From assembly GCA_038895675.1 (NCBI GenBank), contig JAWANB010000010.1, positions 1 through 23,976 of the forward strand: 23,976 bases of DNA. Direction: 5' to 3'. Below are positions 17,228-23,976 of this stretch, one piece after another. The position numbers and the translations under genes are program-made. Numbering within the stretch: the first letter of the stretch is position 1; every line of letters starts with the position of its first letter. The DNA is from Candidatus Iainarchaeum sp. Lineage in GTDB: Archaea; Iainarchaeota; Iainarchaeia; Iainarchaeales; Iainarchaeaceae. Under the pieces are notes generated by a model that did not search any database, was not told the origin of the DNA, and saw only the letters and a program-made list of their open reading frames with translations.

Positions 17228-18211
17228 TTATTTTCCTATTTCTAACATTTTTGTCAAAGATTTTTGGGCTTTTTCTATTGTTTTTTTGCTTAAAGTTATT
17301 TCATGCTCGTTTTTTTCAAGGCAATTCAAGAGGTTTTCTAAAGTGATTTTTTTCATGTATGGGCAAATAGAGCATGGTGTCATTATTTTTTTTTCTGGAA
17401 ATTTTACTTTTAGTTCGTCTGCCATGCCGCACTCGGTGATAAGTAAAAATTCTTGTGCATTGCTTTTTTCTATGTAGTTTATCATATCATTAGTTCCGCC
17501 TGCAAGGTCTGATAATTCAATGACGTTAGGCAAGCATTCTGTGTGTGCTAGGACCTTTATATTTTGGTAAGTATTTTTGTAATGTATTATTTGTTCTCTC
17601 GTAAAAGTTTCATGCACTATGCATTTTCCTTTCCATGTTATAATAGTTTTTTTGGTTAGTTTTTGCAAGTTTTGCGCCATAAAGTTGTCAGGAACAAATA
17701 TTACTTTTTGGCTTGGCATGGCTTCTATTACTTTGAGTGCATTAGAACTTGTGCAACAAGCATCACATTCTGCTTTTACTTCTGCTGATGTGTTGACATA
17801 ACAAACAATCTTAGAGTTTTTGTGCTTTTTTTTCAATTCTTTAATGTCTTTTGGGGTTATGCTTTCAGCAAGGGAGCATCCAGCCTCTAAACTTGGCAAC
17901 AATACTTTTTTTTCAGGGTTTAGGATTTTTGCTGTTTCTGCCATGAATTTGACGCCACAAAAGACTATTGTTTTGGATTTTACTTTTGTTGCTTCTAAAC
18001 TCAAACCATAGCTGTCTCCAACGAAATCAGCGACGCCAAAAATTATTTCTGGTATTTGATAGTGGTGTGCTAAAATAATTGCGTCTTTTTTTTCTTTCAA
18101 GTCTTTTATTTTTAGAGTAAGTTCTGCCAAGTTTTTGCATTCTTCAATCGAGTAACCTAATATTGATAGTTTTTCATAAAGTTTTTTTGTTTCTTTTTCT
18201 TTAGCGTCCAT
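17228..18211 (-). CDS. nadA: Quinolinate synthase
   Basis: ILAHHYQ, GDS, FCGVKFMAE, three [4Fe-4S] Cys contexts (GCSLA, CIVH, CPYMK), YVNTSAEVKA, CTSSNA, HTEC. Confidence 0.96.
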   Translation of the reverse strand: MDAKEKETKKLYEKLSILGYSIEECKNLAELTLKIKDLKEKKDAIILAHHYQIPEIIFGVADFVGDSYGLSLEATKVKSKTIVFCGVKFMAETAKILNPEKKVLLPSLEAGCSLAESITPKDIKELKKKHKNSKIVCYVNTSAEVKAECDACCTSSNALKVIEAMPSQKVIFVPDNFMAQNLQKLTKKTIITWKGKCIVHETFTREQIIHYKNTYQNIKVLAHTECLPNVIELSDLAGGTNDMINYIEKSNAQEFLLITECGMADELKVKFPEKKIMTPCSICPYMKKITLENLLNCLEKNEHEITLSKKTIEKAQKSLTKMLEIGK

Positions 18212-18297
18212 AAATTTTAAGGACTAGTGTTGTTTTAAAAGACCATTTTTTGATTTTTTTCGTTTCAATTATAAATTTTTTATTACTTTTTATTTTA

Positions 18298-18606
18298 ATG
18301 GACTTTTTTGAACAATCTATGTATTGGTTGCTTTCAGGGTCAAAGGGCAGTGTTAGTAGATTGAAAATTTTGAAGGCTTTACAAAAAAAACCAATGAATA
18401 TTCACTCTATTTCTCAGTTTCTTGGCTTAAATTATAAGACTGTTCAACATCACATTGACTTGCTTTTGGAAAACAATTTTATTTCTAAAACAGGTAATAA
18501 GTATGGTCAATTGTTTTTTTGGTCTGAACAGCTCAAGTCAAAAAATGATTTGTTTAAAAGAATTTTAGAGGAGAATGATTTGCATGAAGAAGAAAAACAA
18601 AAGTAA
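18298..18606 (+). CDS. Winged helix-turn-helix (ArsR-like) transcriptional regulator
   Basis: WLLSGSKG..SR.KIL..L...PMN...IS..LGLNYKTVQHHI..L...YG pattern; TTATAAA 23-29 nt before ATG 18298. The track's longer start adds only promoter-derived sequence. Confidence 0.85.
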   Translation: MDFFEQSMYWLLSGSKGSVSRLKILKALQKKPMNIHSISQFLGLNYKTVQHHIDLLLENNFISKTGNKYGQLFFWSEQLKSKNDLFKRILEENDLHEEEKQK

Positions 18607-19069
18607 TGTGCCAACTGATAGGGCTTTGACAGATAAGAGGTCTGAGAGCGCTTTGGCTTATGTAATAGCTGTTGTTTTTTTTCTAATTTTTTTAGTCGTG
18701 TTTTTGAGTTTTTTGTTTGACTTGGTTTTTCCAGGCCCTAAAATGATGCGTTTTCATTTTGCACGAAACTTTGATCTCGGCTTGTTAGAGAGCTTTTCTA
18801 TAATCTCTGTCTTTTTGAACACTATTAACTCGTTTTTGCTTATTTACTTACTTTACAATTACATAACAATATACTTGAACTTAAAATCTAAATTTGCTTT
18901 GGGCTTAATAGTAATAGCTTCTGCTCTTTTTGCTCAATCTGTTTCTGCAAATCCTTTGGTTGCTCAATTTTTTGGTTTTAGAGGCTTTGGTTTAGGGCCC
19001 TTTGCATTAATTCCTTCTATTTTTACTTTGGTTGCTTCTTTGGTTTTGATTTATTTGAGTAGGCAATAA
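18584..19069 (+). CDS. Four-TM membrane protein, coupled to the wHTH gene
   Basis: Overlaps the wHTH stop; AGGAG at 18569-18573 favours ATG 18584 over 18575; four hydrophobic segments. Confidence 0.75.
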   Translation: MKKKNKSNVPTDRALTDKRSESALAYVIAVVFFLIFLVVFLSFLFDLVFPGPKMMRFHFARNFDLGLLESFSIISVFLNTINSFLLIYLLYNYITIYLNLKSKFALGLIVIASALFAQSVSANPLVAQFFGFRGFGLGPFALIPSIFTLVASLVLIYLSRQ

Positions 19070-19078
19070 TTGTTAATA

Positions 19079-20296
19079 TTATTTTCTTAGTCCTTTGCTT
19101 AGTTCTTGTATTGTTTCTGCTAATGTTTCTATGTCTTTTTTGTTGTTGTAAATGTAGAAGCTTGCTCTGCATAATCCATTTGGGTTAATGTTTCTTATGA
19201 TTGGTTCGGCACACATGAAACCTGACCTTACTGCAATATTCTTATATTCTGACAATGCAATAGCCAAATCTCCAGAATCAACGTTTTTTATTTCAAACAA
19301 AATTATTCCTGATTGTAGTTTTTCATCTTTTGGGCCATAAATGACTATGTCTTCAATGTTTGTTAGTTTTGCAATGGCAAAGTCTAATAAAGATTTGTCG
19401 TGTTCTTCAATGTTTTCCAAGCCTATTTTTTTCAAGTAGGCTAAAGTTTCTTTGAAGCCGTATATTTCACCTATCTGTAAAGTCCCTGCTTCAAACTTTT
19501 TTGCGTCATCAACATACTCTACTTTGTCAAAGGACACTGATTTTATTATTCCACCACCAAAATTGTATGGGTTTAAGTTTTTGACTATTTCTTCTTTTGC
19601 GAATAGCACTCCAAGGCCAGTCGGCCCTAACATTTTGTGGGCTGAGAATGACAAAAAGTCAAAACCTATTTTTTTGGCGTCTATTTTTGTGTGAGGTATT
19701 AGTTGTGCTCCGTCTATTGAGACTAATGCTCCAAAGTCGTGTGCTGTTTTAGTAATTTCTTTAATTGGAAAAATAGAGCCTGTAGTGTTTGTTATTCCTG
19801 CAACGGAAACTAATTTTGTTTTGCGTGAAATTTTGTTTCTAAAGTCTTCCAAGTCAAATGTGAAATTTTGTTTTAATTTTACTACTTTGATTTTTGCTCC
19901 GATTCTTTTTGCTAATTCTGTCCATGGTAAAATGTTAGCGTGGTGTTCTGCAAAGCTAAGTATTATTTCGTCTCCTTCTTTAATCTTTTCTGCTCTTTCT
20001 AACGAAACTGCTATTGTGTTTATTGATTCCGTTGTGTTTTTTGTAAATGCTATTTCGTTTTCTTTTGCGTTGATTAGGCTTGCTGTTTTGTTCCTTGTTT
20101 CTTCTACGCAAATAGTTGCGTCAGTTGATAGTTTGTGAGAGCCTCTTCCAGTGTTAGCACTAATTTCTTTATAATACTGATTAATTGCTTCTATTACTTG
20201 CCTTGGTTTTAACGTAGTTGCTGCGTTGTTTAAGTAAATCAAGCTTGGGTTTTTTTCAAAAATTGGGAAATCCATTTTTAGCTTTTCATTTAGCAT
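19079..20296 (-). CDS. sufS: SufS/CsdA-type (group II) cysteine desulfurase
   Basis: YLNNAATT, NTTESIN, EHHAN..PW, DGAQ, SAHKMLGPTG (PLP Lys), FEAGT, RSGFMCA (catalytic Cys), RASFYIYN. Confidence 0.9.
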   Translation of the reverse strand: MLNEKLKMDFPIFEKNPSLIYLNNAATTLKPRQVIEAINQYYKEISANTGRGSHKLSTDATICVEETRNKTASLINAKENEIAFTKNTTESINTIAVSLERAEKIKEGDEIILSFAEHHANILPWTELAKRIGAKIKVVKLKQNFTFDLEDFRNKISRKTKLVSVAGITNTTGSIFPIKEITKTAHDFGALVSIDGAQLIPHTKIDAKKIGFDFLSFSAHKMLGPTGLGVLFAKEEIVKNLNPYNFGGGIIKSVSFDKVEYVDDAKKFEAGTLQIGEIYGFKETLAYLKKIGLENIEEHDKSLLDFAIAKLTNIEDIVIYGPKDEKLQSGIILFEIKNVDSGDLAIALSEYKNIAVRSGFMCAEPIIRNINPNGLCRASFYIYNNKKDIETLAETIQELSKGLRK

Positions 20297-20333
20297 GAAA
20301 ATAATATTAGCGTTCTAAACTTAAAACTTGGTG

Positions 20334-20388
20334 CTTTGGTTTAGATTTGTATATAATTTGTGCATAATTTCGGTAAAGGCTTTTTAAA
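20334..20388 (+). promoter_or_regulatory. Four 11-bp phased imperfect direct repeats abutting a TATA box
   Basis: CTTTGGTTTAG / ATTTGTATATA / ATTTGTGCATA / ATTTCGGTAAA (20334-20377), then TTTTTAAA (20381-20388). Confidence 0.45.
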
Positions 20389-20431
20389 GGAAAAAGTAAG
20401 ATTTGTTTACGAAATTTTAGGAGGGATTTTA

Positions 20432-20947
20432 ATGAAAAAAGCATTGTTTGCTTCAATAACTTTGCTTTTATTGGCTGGCTTGGCTTTTGCATTTCCTTTT
20501 GGAAAAGGAATGCAAGGCAAGTTTGGGCTTGATGAAAGCGTCAGAGCTGAAATAGAAAAGGCTTTGGAAACAAAGAATTATGATGAGTTCGTGAGAATTC
20601 ACAAGGAAAATAATTTGAGAATGCAAAACATTTCTAAGGCTCAATTTGATTTGTTGGCTAAGAATTATGAATTAAATAATAGAATAGACCAAGCTATTGA
20701 TTCTTTGGATTATAAGACTTGGTCTGAGTTAATGGCTCAAAAGAGGTCTTTAGCTTATTTGAATGTTAATGAGCAAAATTTTTATCTGCTCAAAGAATTG
20801 AAAGACGCTAAAGCCAACAATGATTTTGCAAAAGTTAGAGAAATAATGAGTGAATTGGGCTTTGGAAATGGTTTAGGTAAAGGTTTAATGAGAAACGGAA
20901 AATTTGGCAGGAATTTTGGAAATTATAATTGCCCTATGTTGAATTAG
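20432..20947 (+). CDS. Secreted helical-repeat protein (171 aa) with Gly/Met-rich ends
   Basis: SD AGGAGG at 20419-20424; signal peptide MKKALFASITLLLLAGLAFA; three internal I/L-xx-A-xxxx-N/D-Y/F units. Confidence 0.8.
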   Translation: MKKALFASITLLLLAGLAFAFPFGKGMQGKFGLDESVRAEIEKALETKNYDEFVRIHKENNLRMQNISKAQFDLLAKNYELNNRIDQAIDSLDYKTWSELMAQKRSLAYLNVNEQNFYLLKELKDAKANNDFAKVREIMSELGFGNGLGKGLMRNGKFGRNFGNYNCPMLN

Positions 20948-20957
20948 TTTAGTTTTT

Positions 20958-20999
20958 GGCAGCCTTTATTGGTTGCCTTTCTAATTTTTCTTTTTTTTA
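20958..20999 (+). terminator. Hairpin plus T-rich tract terminator
   Basis: GGCAGCC-TTTATT-GGTTGCC (7-bp stem, one G:U) 10 nt after the stop at 20947, followed by T runs. Confidence 0.6.
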
Positions 21000-21158
21000 T
21001 TTTTTTAAGTTGTGTTTTTTTAGGCGTTTAATTTTTTTGGTTTTTTTGTTTATTTTTCCCGTTTTTGGTTTGTAAGTCTTTTTTTGTCTTGGTTTGAGTG
21101 TAATATTTTTAAAACGCATAGACTCTTTAAGTTATTAGGTTGTAGGATTGGATGTTTT

Positions 21159-21395
21159 ATGGTTGTAAAAAAAGAAAGTGCTAAGTTGTCTTTGCGTAAG
21201 TTTTCTTATGGGTTTGCTATTTTAAAGTTTTTCACCATTTTTTTGGTTGTAGTTTTTTTTTCTGCTCTTGCAGTTAGGTTTAAGTTAGTTAATTTGAATG
21301 GTGCTCTTTTGATAGTTTTTTTTAGTTTGTTGGTAGCTTACTTTATGTTGCCGAAGTTTGCTGAGGGAATTTATAGGAGTTTTGATTTGAATTAG
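21159..21395 (+). CDS. Small two-TM membrane protein (78 aa) heading the ATP synthase cluster
   Basis: ATG 21159; basic N-terminus, two hydrophobic helices; CTTTAAG 28-34 nt upstream; ends 19 nt before subunit H. Confidence 0.6.
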   Translation: MVVKKESAKLSLRKFSYGFAILKFFTIFLVVVFFSALAVRFKLVNLNGALLIVFFSLLVAYFMLPKFAEGIYRSFDLN

Positions 21396-21414
21396 TTTTT
21401 CTTTGGTGTTAGCT

Positions 21415-21732
21415 ATGGAAAAAAACGATTTTGCAGAAAAAATTTCGGAACTAAAGAAGGCTGAGCTTGAGCGAGATAAGATTTTGGAAGAAGCAAGGAA
21501 AAAGGCTGAAAACATTATTTTTGATGCTCAGCAAAAGGTCAAGGAGTTGGAGTCAAAGTATGCTGAGGAAGCTAAGGTTTCTAAAGAAAAGATTTTGAAT
21601 GAGATTAAAGTCAGGGCTTTTGAGGAGGAAAAGAAGTTGTTGGCTAAGGCTTCTCAGGACGCTGAAAAATTTAAGTCTTTTAGGCTTAGTTCTAAGTCTT
21701 TGAAAAAGGCTTTAGATTTTGTTTTGGAGTGA
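21415..21732 (+). CDS. atpH: A1Ao ATP synthase subunit H (peripheral stalk)
   Basis: E/K/A-rich coiled coil (LKKAE...ILEEARKKAE.II..A) directly upstream of subunit I; GGTG before ATG 21415. Confidence 0.8.
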   Translation: MEKNDFAEKISELKKAELERDKILEEARKKAENIIFDAQQKVKELESKYAEEAKVSKEKILNEIKVRAFEEEKKLLAKASQDAEKFKSFRLSSKSLKKALDFVLE

Positions 21733-21736
21733 AATC

Positions 21737-23635
21737 ATGTTTTGGCCTGCAAAGGTTGCTAAAGTAAGGATTTTTTGTGTTAAAAGTGCTTTTAGTAAAG
21801 TCGTTGATTGCTTGCATGATTTTGGTAATGTTCACTTGGTTTTGCCTAAGACTGATGCTTTGAATAAGGTTATTCCTGAAAAAGATTTTTCTGATGTGCA
21901 GAGGCTTGTTAGGCTCGAGTCTTTGGTTTCTAAATGCTCTAATGTTGGTGATGGCAACTTTACTGAGTCTGAGGCTTCTAAGATTTTGAAGGATAAGTCT
22001 TTGCTTGAAGCTGAGAATAAGATGATTGAGTTAAAGTCTTTGATTGAGAAAAAGTCTCTTGAGATTGAAATTTTGAAAGAGGATATAAAAAAGTTGAGGA
22101 TTTTTGAGAGGTTTGACTTTGATTTTTCTATTCTGAACCTCAATAGTGTTGAGGTAGTTGCTGGTTTTGTTTCTAAAGATAAGAGGCAAAAAGTGGTTGA
22201 TTTTCTTGAGTCTAATAAAATAGTTTTTGATTTGAGACATTATGTTAATTCTTTTGTTTTGATTTTTGCTGTTGAGAAAGGCAATGTTAGTTTGCTTGAT
22301 TCTTTGACTAAACTTGGTTTTGAGAGGATGCCTTTGCCTTCTATAGTTAGTTCTCCTGTTGTTGAGATTAGGAAGCTTGAGAATAAGCTTAATGGAGTAA
22401 TGAGAGAGCTTGAAGTTTTGAGGAATAAGTTTAATGCTTATGAGAAAAAGTGGTCTCAAAAAATGTGTGTTGCTAAAGAGTTCTTGGACTTTAACGAGTA
22501 TAAGTCTGTGGCTTTTGAAAAGTCTTTGGCTTCTTCTTATTCTTGTGTTATTGATGCTTATGTTCCTGAAAAAAAATTGGCTAAGCTTGTTTCTTATCTT
22601 AAGTCTTCTTTAGGAAACAATATTTTTGTTGAAACTTTTACTTCTAAACACTTGGAAGCTTCTCATGAAAAAACTCCTACTATTTTTGAGAATTCTAAAG
22701 CTTTAGCTCCTTTTGAGTTTATGACTAGGTTTATTTCTATTCCTAAAAGTAATGAGATTGATCCTACTATTTTGTTTACTTTATTTTTTCCTGTTTTTTA
22801 TGGTATGATTGTTGGTGATGTTATTTATGGTTTGATTTCTTTTTTGTTTGCTAAATTTATTTTTGACAGAGTTTCTAGTGAAAGTATTCTTAAGCCTGTT
22901 TCTGCTATTTGGATGTTTGGTTCTGTTCCTTCTATTTTTTTCGGTTTTTTGTATGATGAGTATGCTGGTTTTTCTCATCATAAGTTGTTTGAGTTATTTG
23001 GTTTCAAAGATGTTTTTCTTTATAGTGGTTTTGAGAGGATGCATTACACTACCTTGATTCTTACTGCTTCTATTCTTTTGGGAGTTTTTACTATGGCCAT
23101 GGGTTTTTTGTTTGGTTTTATTAATGCTTCTCGGCATGGGCATAAAAAGCATGCTCTTGTAAAGCTCGCGTGGTTTTTCATAGTTACTTTTGGCACTATT
23201 CTTGTTTCAACTTTTATGTTTGGTTCTTTCCCTGAATACTTTTTGTTTCCTTCAGCTTTGATAGTTTCTCTTTGTGCTGTTTTTGTGATTAAAGAGGAAG
23301 GTATTATTGGTGCTATAGAAATTCCTGGTGTTGTTGGTAATATTCTTTCTTTTGCAAGAATAATAGCAGTAGGTTTAGTTGGGACTGTTATTGCTTCTAT
23401 TCTTAATACTATGGCTTTGCCTAGTGCTGAGAATGGTTTTTTAATACTTTTTACGTTGCCTCTTTTTATTTTTGGGCATCTTTTCAATGCTTTTTTGGCA
23501 ATGTTTGAAGCTTTGGTTCAAGGTGCTAGGCTCAACGTGGTTGAGTTTTATTCTAAGTTTTTTGAAGGTGGTGGCGAAGAGTTTTCGCCTTTCAGGTTTC
23601 GTTCGAAGTACTTAAAACTTAAGGAGGTGGATTAA
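21737..23635 (+). CDS. atpI: A1Ao ATP synthase subunit I (a)
   Basis: EIDPT, FP.FYGM.VGD..YG, ILSFARI.AVGL (essential Arg), ARL..VEF.SKFFEGGG..F.PF; SD GGAGTGA before ATG 21737. Confidence 0.95.
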   Translation: MFWPAKVAKVRIFCVKSAFSKVVDCLHDFGNVHLVLPKTDALNKVIPEKDFSDVQRLVRLESLVSKCSNVGDGNFTESEASKILKDKSLLEAENKMIELKSLIEKKSLEIEILKEDIKKLRIFERFDFDFSILNLNSVEVVAGFVSKDKRQKVVDFLESNKIVFDLRHYVNSFVLIFAVEKGNVSLLDSLTKLGFERMPLPSIVSSPVVEIRKLENKLNGVMRELEVLRNKFNAYEKKWSQKMCVAKEFLDFNEYKSVAFEKSLASSYSCVIDAYVPEKKLAKLVSYLKSSLGNNIFVETFTSKHLEASHEKTPTIFENSKALAPFEFMTRFISIPKSNEIDPTILFTLFFPVFYGMIVGDVIYGLISFLFAKFIFDRVSSESILKPVSAIWMFGSVPSIFFGFLYDEYAGFSHHKLFELFGFKDVFLYSGFERMHYTTLILTASILLGVFTMAMGFLFGFINASRHGHKKHALVKLAWFFIVTFGTILVSTFMFGSFPEYFLFPSALIVSLCAVFVIKEEGIIGAIEIPGVVGNILSFARIIAVGLVGTVIASILNTMALPSAENGFLILFTLPLFIFGHLFNAFLAMFEALVQGARLNVVEFYSKFFEGGGEEFSPFRFRSKYLKLKEVD

Positions 23636-23868
23636 TGGTACTAGAACTTGGAGCAGGTGCGGCATTAGGAGCCGGGTTAGCTATTTTAGGAGGAGCTATT
23701 GGTACTGGTTGGGCTCAAGCAGCTATTGGCTCTAGTGCTATGGGCGTAATTGCTGAAAAGCCAGAGCAAGCTTCTAAGCTTCTTGTTTGGTTAGCAATTC
23801 CTGAAACCATTGTAATATTTGGTTTTGTCGTGGCTTTCCTGCTTTTGGGAAAAATAGGCGAAGCATAA
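23635..23868 (+). CDS. atpK: A1Ao ATP synthase subunit K (c), single hairpin
   Basis: Gly/Ala-rich helix 1, AEKPE loop, IPETIVIFG with the ion-binding Glu; strong SD AAGGAGGTGG. Confidence 0.95.
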   Translation: MVLELGAGAALGAGLAILGGAIGTGWAQAAIGSSAMGVIAEKPEQASKLLVWLAIPETIVIFGFVVAFLLLGKIGEA

Positions 23869-23887
23869 AACTTGGTTAGGTATTGCT

Positions 23888-23976
23888 ATGTCTTTTGAAG
23901 AATTAAAAAAAAGGTTGTTGGAAGAAGCCAAGGCTGATGCGAGCAAATTAGTTTCTTCTGCAGAGAAAGAAGCTTT
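23888..23976 (+). CDS. atpE: A1Ao ATP synthase subunit E, N-terminal fragment
   Basis: Hand translation MSFEELKKRLLEEAKADASKLVSSAEKEA..., open to the window end; follows K as in the usual H-I-K-E order. Confidence 0.8.
   Translation, partial: MSFEELKKRLLEEAKADASKLVSSAEKEA

Noticed and set aside
20307..20492. 61-aa - strand ORF upstream of sufS
   Set aside because: Overlaps the secreted gene's signal peptide and both promoters; sufS has its own TATA at 20320-20326.
20980..21100. Possible third copy of the dispersed element
   Set aside because: Only AAGTCTTTTT matches, within low-complexity T-rich DNA; not enough to call by eye.
1..23976. tRNA/rRNA genes, integrases, transposases, alternative genetic code
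   Set aside because: No GC-rich cloverleaf or rRNA-like stretch and no recombinase motifs; conserved genes are full length under the standard code and use TAA, TAG and TGA as stops.

Overview
AT-rich archaeal chromosomal segment, most consistent with a DPANN lineage that retains biosynthesis (Iainarchaeota/Diapherotrites-like; this is an inference from gene content and motif style, not a search result). In order it holds: a partial secreted protein; a membrane-anchored DsbA-like protein with an atypical active site; tldD-tldE plus an orphan; purSLQ with a double-domain PurS; lhr helicase with a metallophosphoesterase; a DHH phosphoesterase; nadC-nadM; a 53-aa ORF missing from the ORF track; nucS; a degenerate HAD-like protein; nadA; a winged-helix regulator with a membrane protein; a SufS-type desulfurase; a secreted helical-repeat protein; and the start of the A1Ao ATP synthase operon (H, I, K, E). 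I see no tRNA, rRNA, CRISPR array, transposase or defence system. The least explained signals are (i) a ~120-nt intergenic element with 16-nt terminal inverted repeats and a diverged second copy 8 kb away, (ii) a putative wHTH / membrane protein / secreted protein regulon with 11-bp phased repeats and a shared upstream motif, and (iii) a strong T/G bias on the + strand regardless of gene direction. These are candidates, not demonstrated systems.
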